This document shows positions 40,001-47,898 of a stretch of DNA of 64,000 nt, piece by piece. The notes under the pieces were generated by a model, which was given only the letters and a program-made list of their open reading frames with translations, did no database searches and was not told the DNA's origin. Each line of letters starts with the position of its first letter. Within the stretch, counting starts at the first letter, position 1. The DNA is taken from positions 1-64,000 of the IMG/VR virus record IMGVR_UViG_3300013233_000109; one strand, given 5' to 3'. This DNA is from a virus. The translations under genes were made by a program, and so were the position numbers.

Positions 40001-40415
40001 TGCTAATGCTAAGCTGATTGTAGTCTGATAATTTTTCTGTAGTTTTTACAGATACTAACTTCAAATATCCAGCTGCTGATTCATTGCGCTTTGGCGTGTA
40101 GCCTACTAATTTAGCTAAACGCTCAACGCTGTCTCTACGTTCTGCTGTATCTAGGAAATTTTCACGGGTGTTTAAATCATTTCTGAATGATAATGATTGC
40201 CCCATGAACGCCATTAAATCTAATATTGCTACAAATTCCGAGCTCTCAGTATAATCATTGAAACTCTCTGGGTGGTGCTGACGTAAATAATCAACGAAGG
40301 TTTTGCGAATTGTTTCAAAATTATAAGACTGGAAATCTGCTTCTTTATACGTTTTGTATATGCGTTTCCAATCTTCTGTTCCGAAAAGTGCCGACTGTCT
40401 TGATGTTGTTGCCAT
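37026..40415 (-). CDS. gp6: Baseplate wedge subunit (gp6-like)
   Basis: NFETIRKT, FNDYTESSE..LDLMA, ENFLDTAERRDSV.RLAKLVGYTP, FGDGVF, ETLGDIK.RAP..Y.TQNRMV..EDY. Confidence 0.85.
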   Translation of the reverse strand: MATTSRQSALFGTEDWKRIYKTYKEADFQSYNFETIRKTFVDYLRQHHPESFNDYTESSEFVAILDLMAFMGQSLSFRNDLNTRENFLDTAERRDSVERLAKLVGYTPKRNESAAGYLKLVSVKTTEKLSDYNQLSISNTTIKWDDVTNDDWQEQFATILNAVLVNSQRIGKPGNSQEVVGVKTDEYEINMADGFLPVIPFNSTVDGVAMDFEIVNGTSQNTNYIYEPTPVTNGALNLLFRDDNLGFASPNTGYFFFFKQGTLATQDFSLSDRISNRSVDIDISGINENDVWLFKDTNGIIEQWNQVENIYASNNDQTDATERKLYSLTSRTNDQITLNFGDGVFSEQPIGNYRAQVRSSNGLEYVIDTSEIQNVEVALNYISKTGRTETATFTVSLTVSVSNAKNRETLGDIKRRAPARYYTQNRMVNGEDYNNFPFATFNSIIKSKAVNRSNIGASRYLDLVDPTGKFSSINTFGDDGLLYQDTSEKSFNFTFNDRNDIQSVINNQVEPLISGRSILHFYYANFNRFAVAADTSWNQSTTITNETTGFFSDVNSSPTPLGTYTSTSNKYIVPGALVKFTPPVLFGVPSHFDENNKVQEGPVTSPSDKLEIWAGIKSQIFDGTNFGAGNLADGIGPVVLNNFVPTGAVAVESILPFNSNIAADIESSIVLKIEAYEDFGLGYNNETASWYEIDLNNVAESSIATFDNAISSESSWVIKFIASENTYTVTARTLNYHFASVSETRFFHDETTKIFDIKKGKTVNDYIKILKTNGLPDPTLLNSSSLPTNITLDIIAQSVESDGFVNDFDLEVSFADIDSDGIADDPDFFNTFVSPLITPETKNVFFEDTIDFDNLERTLPLEPGTINTEYATLDAIARVKTEYATGQVFYATSEGTFYELFSNVETVKLTQRTNLSAKVGRGNVQFQYKHNSPNTRRINPGVSNIIDIYVVTSAYYDEFTRYIQDSTNTVSEPEVPSSDSLQVAYRKLQEHRMISDNVILNSVKFKPIIGSKSATALQAYIKVVKVANSNTSDSEIKSRIILAVNDYFDISIWDFGDTFYFSELSSYLHTKLGDVVASIVITSKDPLNSFGDLYEIKSQPNEIFTSAATVDDIIIIDALTASNIQTGNN

Positions 40416-40443
40416 TTATTATATTCTCTTCTTAGTTAAATAC

Positions 40444-40451
40444 TATTTATG
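40444..40451 (-). promoter_or_regulatory. T4-like late promoter (CATAAATA)
   Basis: Intergenic, upstream of the gp6-like gene. Confidence 0.7.
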
Positions 40452-40472
40452 AAGATGAATAAACGGCTCACT

Positions 40473-40847
40473 TTATACGATATTTAAAGATTCTGCGTTT
40501 TGGTCAAATACTAAAGACATATTCTCGACACTTTGATTAGGTAATACTGTTACTGCTACTTCTGCTATTACTGTATTATGTGATGATGTTATTGTTAACG
40601 ATTCGAGATTTAATCTTGGATCGCCGTTGATTATTTTTGTAATTTCTGCTTCCACTGCTTCGAGAATCTCATCTACTAGTGGGTCAAATACATAGTTCCA
40701 TATTTCCGTGCCTACATCTGGGCGGCCGGGCATACTGCCTGCTCTTATTAAGAAAGCATTAAGTAAATCTCGCTTTATTAAATCAAAATCTGTTAATGTG
40801 AATTTCTTTACTTGCCCTATTGTGTTTAATCCTCTGAATGTTGCCAT
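40473..40847 (-). CDS. gp25: Baseplate wedge/sheath initiator (gp25-like)
   Basis: LIKRDLLN....G..P.RPDVGTEIW.YVFDP..I..DPR pattern. Confidence 0.85.
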   Translation of the reverse strand: MATFRGLNTIGQVKKFTLTDFDLIKRDLLNAFLIRAGSMPGRPDVGTEIWNYVFDPLVDEILEAVEAEITKIINGDPRLNLESLTITSSHNTVIAEVAVTVLPNQSVENMSLVFDQNAESLNIV

Positions 40848-43360
40848 TAGAAATAATCCTCGTTAAATGTGTTTGTACCTACGCCTATAGCACCTGTTAC
40901 AGTTGATGTTAAATCATTTGATACGTTGCTTGCTAGTTCTGCTAAATTCTTAAACGCTCCTGGCGCTAAGCTTGCTAATTCTGCCTGCAGTGGTTGTGTT
41001 TTTGACCCTAGTCCTTCTGCTTGCTTAACTAACGCACCTATGTCTACTGCCCCTGTTAGTGATTTTGCTGTATTTGCTAGCTGAGTTACGTCTGGCATTA
41101 ACTTATCGCCAATTAAATCATTTTGTATAGCATCTAACGCTGAGCGATCTACTGTTCCTACTACGCGCTTGACACCCGACGCTATAGCATCTGAGGCTAC
41201 AGCTGCCTGCTCTGTCACAGATGCTGCTATAGGTGCAGCTTGCTCAGCAAATCCTTGACCTGCTTGCTTTAATGAATCTATTACACCGCCAGCAGTAATG
41301 TTATTTAACACCCCGCCTGCTTTAGATACCGCTAATTCAGCAGCGTGAGACGCGGTGCCTGCGGTGCTATTGATCCCGGCTAATACATCATTGCTTATCG
41401 ATGTGGTATTGCCTGATGCCCACTTGCTGATTGTACTCGCACCTGCTTCGAAGCTCGCTGCTATCATTGGCATAGTATCTGTTGCTGATTCTAATCCTGT
41501 TAGTACTCCTGCTTGTTTAAATGAGGTGTATGCTTGCTCCATTGCTTGCTGCGCTATTGCTGTCTGTGCTGGTAAACTTGATGTTAAATCTGCTAAGCTA
41601 TTTATACCGCCTTTTCCTGTAAATAGCGAATTATCTGCTAATGCTGATAGTTGTGCTGTTATTGTTGTCAATTTTGATACTACACCTTGAACTATTGTCC
41701 CAGCAGCTTCTAGATTTGCTACTGGTATGCCTAGCTCGCCTACACCTTTTATTATACCACTGCTTGCTGCTACTGCTACTTCTTCTTTACGTGCTGCTAC
41801 TGCCGCTGTTGTTTGCGCTGCTGATACTGGGCCTACTGCTTTAGCTGGAGCGTTTTTTGCCTGTGTTGCTGCTTTTGCTACTGTCACTTTAGTTACTGGC
41901 GGTGTTGCTTTTACAGCATCAATTACTTGTTGTGTCTGTGGTTTTGCTACTGCAGGGGATAATGTCGGCACGAATGCTATCCCCTCAGGTACACCGGTGT
42001 TATGCTCAGGGTATGGTTCGTGTGTTGGCGCCCTCGAGACTATGGTTTTATTTATTTTTGCTTCGCTTACTCGCCAGCCTGTTATGTCACTAAATTCAGT
42101 CTCAGGTAGTAATGATGGTTCGTGATATTCTGTTTTCTTTACTTTACCAGGATCGTATGTGTTTAAATCTATTCTACTGCCTTTTATTGCTACATTAGCA
42201 GTGGCTCTTATGCGTGTTTGTAATAAACTGTCGCAATGAATAAATCCGTCTGATTTTACTGTTAATTTCTTTTCGCTATATAATGCTACGTGTTCTTTGC
42301 CAATGATATCGAATCTTTTTTCACATTCTTGCTTAATGTTTTCTTTAGCATAGAAATTAATGTTTTTATTACTATGCATGTTAATGTCTTTGTCGGCGTG
42401 AATGTTTATTTCGCCTTGACTACGCAAATTAATACTATTAGAACTATATACGTCCACTGTTCCTTCGTTGCCAAATTCTAGCCATGTTTGCCCATTCGCA
42501 TGTGCTATATACAGTGCTGCGCCACTATCAGACATTGTAATTTGATGCCCTGTTGCTGTGCGTAGGCGGATCAATCTGTCGTTATCTTTAATGTCACCAT
42601 CGTCCATTACAAAACTATGGCCGCCTTGTCGTGTTTTTACCGCTTTGTTGCTGCCTTCCTTGACACGTTCTCTACCGGGGGTGCTGATGCCGTATGCGTA
42701 TGACGGGCTTTCGCGTTGCGCTGACGATCCGATTGGTCCGCGTATTGTGTCGCTTATTGTGCCGGCTTGCCACATCTGTGTTGCTGATAATGTGTGTAGT
42801 GGTTTAGGTAGATTCTTGAAATTTGGGTTGTTCATATTCTTATCTGAACGATTAATTTCGCAAGTTGGCAGCTGTGTATTGGCATCTGTGTTGAATGCTA
42901 ATCGCTGTTTCTCTGTGTTAAAGATTACAGTGTCTGCCGCTTTCGCACCAACTGCCGGTATCATGTGATTCATTTGAGGCTGTGGTATACACCCAACATA
43001 ATAACCTTGACTTGGGTCGCCATTGACAAAGAAACAAAGTACTTCTACTCCAAGATCCGGCGTAGTGAACCACATACCATATGAATGCGCATTTTTATTA
43101 AAATCTGAATCAGAGGTATCATTTAAATCATGCGACGTATTGCCATAGAACGGTGACAGGTATCGTACATCGCGCCATCCGCTCTCATCATTGCGATTCT
43201 GATTTCCTCGTGTTTTTAGCCATACACTTACTCTCCCTGTTCTGTTAGCATCTATATTCGCCATCACGATCCCAACATATGGCCCGTGTTCTGCTCTGTT
43301 GCCGTTACCGACATCATTGTATATATTTGCACCAGTGTTAGTGCCGTGCATGTTATCCAT
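40847..43360 (-). CDS. Baseplate central spike (gp5/VgrG-like) with extended C-terminus
   Basis: OB-fold region GIV..NID..RTGRVSV..PDLGVEVLCFF; GHSFVMDD, IRLRTATGHQITMSD, beta-helix repeats. Confidence 0.8.
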   Translation of the reverse strand: MDNMHGTNTGANIYNDVGNGNRAEHGPYVGIVMANIDANRTGRVSVWLKTRGNQNRNDESGWRDVRYLSPFYGNTSHDLNDTSDSDFNKNAHSYGMWFTTPDLGVEVLCFFVNGDPSQGYYVGCIPQPQMNHMIPAVGAKAADTVIFNTEKQRLAFNTDANTQLPTCEINRSDKNMNNPNFKNLPKPLHTLSATQMWQAGTISDTIRGPIGSSAQRESPSYAYGISTPGRERVKEGSNKAVKTRQGGHSFVMDDGDIKDNDRLIRLRTATGHQITMSDSGAALYIAHANGQTWLEFGNEGTVDVYSSNSINLRSQGEINIHADKDINMHSNKNINFYAKENIKQECEKRFDIIGKEHVALYSEKKLTVKSDGFIHCDSLLQTRIRATANVAIKGSRIDLNTYDPGKVKKTEYHEPSLLPETEFSDITGWRVSEAKINKTIVSRAPTHEPYPEHNTGVPEGIAFVPTLSPAVAKPQTQQVIDAVKATPPVTKVTVAKAATQAKNAPAKAVGPVSAAQTTAAVAARKEEVAVAASSGIIKGVGELGIPVANLEAAGTIVQGVVSKLTTITAQLSALADNSLFTGKGGINSLADLTSSLPAQTAIAQQAMEQAYTSFKQAGVLTGLESATDTMPMIAASFEAGASTISKWASGNTTSISNDVLAGINSTAGTASHAAELAVSKAGGVLNNITAGGVIDSLKQAGQGFAEQAAPIAASVTEQAAVASDAIASGVKRVVGTVDRSALDAIQNDLIGDKLMPDVTQLANTAKSLTGAVDIGALVKQAEGLGSKTQPLQAELASLAPGAFKNLAELASNVSNDLTSTVTGAIGVGTNTFNEDYF

Positions 43361-46300
43361 TAATTATCATCTCCGTTTAAGAATCTATCGGCACCATCGT
43401 CTGATATCTCGATACCGTTGAACGCTTGCTTTATATCATCGCCTGTGTCTTCTACTACTGTTACTGCATTATTTATAAAGCGTCCTGCTCCATCAAATAA
43501 ACTAGCTGCTACATTCGAGATAGGTGCGGTTACATCTTTAACGACGTTGGCGGCACTTGAGAAAGCCGCTGATACATTCTCTGTTAAGTCTACTGGATCT
43601 ACTCCTACTGGGCTAGCAGTAACCGTGGTAAGATTTTCTTCGGCTTCAGTGGGTAGTGTTGTATTTTGTAGTGGTTTTGTAGCTACTGGACTACTTATTA
43701 CTGCGGTTTTGCTATTAGCTGTATTCATACCGCTCATTTCTGCTGCGGTTGTTTTATTATTTTCTTCGCGCTGAACGTCATTTGGCGCACCGAATGTGCA
43801 ACCTTCGGGTATAAACATTAGCGTTCCGCTTAATCGTTGTGTGAATGCTCCGCCGGTTAGTTCTGTGGTTATTGTGTTAGCCCTGTATATAAATGAGTGC
43901 TGAGATAATCCCGGCTGGCCTGTTGCTAAATCGTATCCTGTGTTTCCTGCTTTAACATCTGCTAATCCTGTGTATAAATCGTAATCTGTTATGGTATTGA
44001 AATTTATAGCGAAATATACCTCAGATACATCGTAATTTATCGACCCATCGTCTAAGAACGGTTTGTGATTAAATGGGCCTCCTATATTTTGTTCCGGACT
44101 ATAAAATAATTCACTTTGTGCTATAAAGTCTGGGTCACCTACGATGTCAATCTCTACTACCGCTTGATCGCCCGGAGAATATAATTCGCTTGCTGCTGCA
44201 GCTGATGGATCGTTGCTACCTAATTCGCCGTTTTCTGTATATGATGCTGTCGCTTCCATTGGGTGTAGTGTCTGTATAGTTCGTGCGTCGTGGGTTTTCC
44301 TATTAGGGTCTTGCGGCTTGTCGGCTGTGCCAAATGCTGTATAATACAAATAATTGTAATCTTGTGAGAACTTTATGACCTCGGTGTTTTCGCCGGTAAA
44401 CCAGTAATCAAACTTTTTGTGAATATTAAAACATTTATTATTCTCAAAATTATGAATTGATACACTGTCTACTTTGAACGCAGATATGTGATATGTGATT
44501 TTTGTAGCATAAACGTTCCGTATATCATCTTTCTCTAATTGCTCTACTTGTGTTCTTATTTTAAACCAGGTTAGATTTTGTCTGTCTTTGGGTATTAGCT
44601 TGCCGCTATTTTCGTCAGTTGCTTTATCGTATTGATCAGTGATAAACGTGCTATTGCGCATTATAGTATCGATTACTCTAGTAATTTTTTTACCAGCATT
44701 ACTCTCAAATCGTCGTTGATTTGTTAATGCTGCTACATCGGGGTCATCGCGTGCTGGATCATCTACTTTGTGTATAGGTGTAGCATTAAGGTTTTGAGTG
44801 CCCGGCTTTATTACTGTTATTTTGTCAGGGTCTATTTTTACCATCGTGTCTGTTTCGTCAAACTTTATTTCATACAGATCTTTTTCTTTGATTAATTTCT
44901 TGTCGTACAAATAATCTTGCCTGGCGTTAAGTGCTTCTGCTAAACCGTATATATTCTTATTACCGCTTTTGTTAGTAGGATGATTGCCAACGAGCACATC
45001 GCGTAATGTTCTCCCTTGCACCTTTGTATTAGCTGGTACTCCGCCGTGAACAAAATCAAGCGGGGCATTACTATTAGGGCAGACTGCTTCGCAGCTATAA
45101 TCTATTTTGTTACTGTCTAAGCGAAATGATGCTTTAGTAAACATAAATGGGATGAATTTTTCTGACACTGCTTGTCGATCGCTTAATGTTTCTGACGTTT
45201 CTAGATCACTTGCGCTAATCTGATTGCCTTCTGCGTCGTAACCGTAAAATCTTACAACCATTAAATAGTTTTGTGCTACATAATTTATATTTTCTGTTGT
45301 GTTTTTAGTAAAATCTCGGACTAATCCTTGTAAGTTTTCAAGAAATGTTAACCCAGCGGGTTCCGTTATGGTGAATTTCATTGTGAATACATTATGCGGG
45401 GCTTGTGTTGCTGACCCACTTACTAATCCTTCAAACTGAATATGATCTATATAATAATCTAATGGGAAATTTTCTGCACGTTTTGCTCCAAAATTATGTG
45501 TGTTAGCAGTGCCGGGCTTTGCGCTAATGCCGCCACTTTGCATGAATAATGTTAGCCCCTCAACTGATTTAGTGCCGGATCGCATTAACTCTCTGTACTC
45601 GGGATTGCTTAAAATATATAAACTAATACTATATGTCATTGTCGCAAATGCTTTAAACGGATTTGGCTTTGGTTCCCAGGTGCTGTTGAACACTGTAGCA
45701 TCCTCTGGTGATATTTTTCCTTTATTATTTAAAATCGCAAGTGACTCGCTTTCTTCAGCAGGATCAATGCTAGCGTTAGCAAACCTTTGTTTATTTTGTA
45801 CGCCAGGTTCTGTGCTAGCTGCTGGTGCTATAGTATCTGTTTTTTTAGCATTGGCTAGCGTGTCTGCTGATAATGTTGCTGAGGTGGATGCTGTATTACT
45901 AGGTGGATTATTTGGTGCCGATGATGCTTTTGCTGCATTGCGACCTATGTTTGCGTATTCGTCATTGGACGTGTCGTACCCATCGTAAGATACAACCCCA
46001 TTGTTGAATAATTCACTTGCACCGCCGGCTCCGGATATATGTGCTGCTGCAGCAAATGCGGCTATGTCTGCTTCACTGGATGCAGATGTTAACGCACCTA
46101 GTGATTTTCCTTGACGAAGATTAAATGCTACATTATTATCAAATGCTGTATTTTGTATGCTTTCGCTTTCTAAGAATGCTGATAAATTTGTGGCTCCGTT
46201 TTTGCCTGTCCATACACTAGGATTATTTAATACTGAATTGCCACCGAGTGATGCGCCGGGCGTTATGTATCCATTTGTTTCTAATGCTGACGCGCCAAAT

Positions 46301-46419
46301 TGAAATTTACCAACATATCCTAGCGTATTTACTACTGAGATATCCCCGGAGCTTTCTCTTTGTCCTATAGCTTCGCGTAATTGTGATTGCGTACCCGACG
46401 ATAATTTACTTATTGCCAT
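43360..46419 (-). CDS. Baseplate hub protein with N-terminal lysozyme/SLT-like domain
   Basis: IGQRESSG..N.LGYVGKFQFG N-terminus; hub-like FTITEPAGLTF, IDIVGDP, YRAN.I....GGAFTQRL. Confidence 0.7.
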   Translation of the reverse strand: MAISKLSSGTQSQLREAIGQRESSGDISVVNTLGYVGKFQFGASALETNGYITPGASLGGNSVLNNPSVWTGKNGATNLSAFLESESIQNTAFDNNVAFNLRQGKSLGALTSASSEADIAAFAAAAHISGAGGASELFNNGVVSYDGYDTSNDEYANIGRNAAKASSAPNNPPSNTASTSATLSADTLANAKKTDTIAPAASTEPGVQNKQRFANASIDPAEESESLAILNNKGKISPEDATVFNSTWEPKPNPFKAFATMTYSISLYILSNPEYRELMRSGTKSVEGLTLFMQSGGISAKPGTANTHNFGAKRAENFPLDYYIDHIQFEGLVSGSATQAPHNVFTMKFTITEPAGLTFLENLQGLVRDFTKNTTENINYVAQNYLMVVRFYGYDAEGNQISASDLETSETLSDRQAVSEKFIPFMFTKASFRLDSNKIDYSCEAVCPNSNAPLDFVHGGVPANTKVQGRTLRDVLVGNHPTNKSGNKNIYGLAEALNARQDYLYDKKLIKEKDLYEIKFDETDTMVKIDPDKITVIKPGTQNLNATPIHKVDDPARDDPDVAALTNQRRFESNAGKKITRVIDTIMRNSTFITDQYDKATDENSGKLIPKDRQNLTWFKIRTQVEQLEKDDIRNVYATKITYHISAFKVDSVSIHNFENNKCFNIHKKFDYWFTGENTEVIKFSQDYNYLYYTAFGTADKPQDPNRKTHDARTIQTLHPMEATASYTENGELGSNDPSAAAASELYSPGDQAVVEIDIVGDPDFIAQSELFYSPEQNIGGPFNHKPFLDDGSINYDVSEVYFAINFNTITDYDLYTGLADVKAGNTGYDLATGQPGLSQHSFIYRANTITTELTGGAFTQRLSGTLMFIPEGCTFGAPNDVQREENNKTTAAEMSGMNTANSKTAVISSPVATKPLQNTTLPTEAEENLTTVTASPVGVDPVDLTENVSAAFSSAANVVKDVTAPISNVAASLFDGAGRFINNAVTVVEDTGDDIKQAFNGIEISDDGADRFLNGDDN

Positions 46420-46420
46420 A

Positions 46421-46723
46421 TTATATTCCTAGCACTGAGCGTAATGTGTCTATGTGTGGTAACTTTATTGCTGTTCCTAGTTTAAAATCTATTAGCGGAT
46501 TAACTAAAATATTTGGATTCCGCATTGCGAATACCCACCATAAATCAGCACTATTATATAAATCGTATGCTAATAAATCTGGACGTTTATCGTATGTTGC
46601 GTTTATTGTGAATAAAACATCATCGGCTAATTTTGGAATACTTCTATTTTCCATGGTATCTAAATAGAAATCTGTTATAGGAGTGCTTAGATGCGCACTA
46701 GTTTGTCTGTATTTCATTACCAA
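46421..46723 (-). CDS. gp53: Baseplate wedge LysM-like protein (gp53-like)
   Basis: RPDLLAYDLY.SADLWWVFAMRN..L..P..DF..G..IKLP. Confidence 0.85.
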   Translation of the reverse strand: MVMKYRQTSAHLSTPITDFYLDTMENRSIPKLADDVLFTINATYDKRPDLLAYDLYNSADLWWVFAMRNPNILVNPLIDFKLGTAIKLPHIDTLRSVLGI

Positions 46724-47796
46724 AATCCTTTCTTTAATAAACTGCCGTTAGCATATTCTTTCAAGCTAAATTCATTACTAACTTGATCTCTTGTTTGTAT
46801 AGGCAGCATTGAGAAATTTATGTCTATCTTTGTAGGCACATACGTTTTACTGTTATATATTTTTGTTAAATCATTAACATCGCCCGAGCTATTAGATGCA
46901 TTTGCAGATGCTAATGACGGGACTGCCCCTTTATTAGCACCGGCTCCAGTTAATCTGCTTATAACTGATCCTACTAAATTACTTCCGATGCTGCCGCCTG
47001 CTTCGACTCCAGCAGTTGCAAAAAAGTCTGTTGGATTAGCTCCATCTGGTACACCGGCAGCTATATAATCTACGTCGTTGGGCATATTATAATTTACCAT
47101 TGTGATTACTGCTGGGTGATCTTTAAATTGATATTCCCCTAGTCCTTCTAAAAATACCAATGGTGGTGGCATCCCGCGTTGTGTGTCTTGTCCGTAAAAC
47201 ATTTTTGTACACGATCGTAAGAAGTGCAGTGCTGCTAACATATAATTAGCTTCTTTTGTGTCTTGTGCTGTAAATGTTGCTGTTACTAATAATTCAATAA
47301 CGTTACTGCCTTTGTAGAAATATCCCCTGTAATTACTATGTGTTAGATCGTAATTCTCATAATTAGCATTATATTGTACTGCTATCTGTGGAGTATACGG
47401 AAATATCAATCCTTGTGTTTTTGCTAGTGGCGCTAATATACCCGGGTTTGGGTCACCGTAAAGGTACTTTGCCCCTTTAGCTAGTTTTAATTTAACACGC
47501 CAATCGTTACTAGGCACGCCAATAGCGGCACCATCTGGGGGAGTGATATTAACTGGCTCATTTGCTACATCAATTGGCGAACCTATAACCGACACTGGCT
47601 CTGGAGCCGCAAATGTCTGCGCGGACTGTACGGCATCTGCTAAGTTTGCTGGATTACTGAAATTTTCAGTTCCTAAATTAGTACTTTGACCAAACCCACC
47701 TGTTACTATACTATTAGTAGCAGGCACGGTTATTCCTAGTGCTGCTTCATCTGGGAATGGGGATAATTGCGGTTCGTTCTCTACTGGTATTGGCAT
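46717..47796 (-). CDS. Baseplate/tail-tube junction protein (gp48/gp54-like)
   Basis: DWRVKL, GLIFPYTP.I, HSNY, HFLRS.TKMFYG, PPP, YNMPNDVDY; location in the baseplate module. Confidence 0.6.
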   Translation of the reverse strand: MPIPVENEPQLSPFPDEAALGITVPATNSIVTGGFGQSTNLGTENFSNPANLADAVQSAQTFAAPEPVSVIGSPIDVANEPVNITPPDGAAIGVPSNDWRVKLKLAKGAKYLYGDPNPGILAPLAKTQGLIFPYTPQIAVQYNANYENYDLTHSNYRGYFYKGSNVIELLVTATFTAQDTKEANYMLAALHFLRSCTKMFYGQDTQRGMPPPLVFLEGLGEYQFKDHPAVITMVNYNMPNDVDYIAAGVPDGANPTDFFATAGVEAGGSIGSNLVGSVISRLTGAGANKGAVPSLASANASNSSGDVNDLTKIYNSKTYVPTKIDINFSMLPIQTRDQVSNEFSLKEYANGSLLKKGFW

Positions 47797-47801
47797 AATC
47801 G

Positions 47802-47809
47802 TATTTATG
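47802..47809 (-). promoter_or_regulatory. T4-like late promoter (CATAAATA) heading the baseplate operon
   Basis: Only 5 nt before ATG 47796. Confidence 0.7.
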
Positions 47810-47847
47810 ATGTTATATAATCTGCGTAGTTTATAATCTACAAGTGG

Positions 47848-47876
47848 TTGACCATTTTGCTGTACTATGCTATACT
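47848..47876 (+). promoter_or_regulatory. Sigma70-type promoter for gp55-gp47-gp46
   Basis: TTGACC-17 nt-TATACT, then AGGAGA SD and ATG 47899. Confidence 0.8.
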
Positions 47877-47898
47877 AACACATAGGAGAAAACTAATA

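Noticed and set aside
47848-47898. N-terminal extension of gp55 from the TTG at 47848
   Set aside because: That TTG is the -35 box; the SD and ATG at 47899 give the conserved start.
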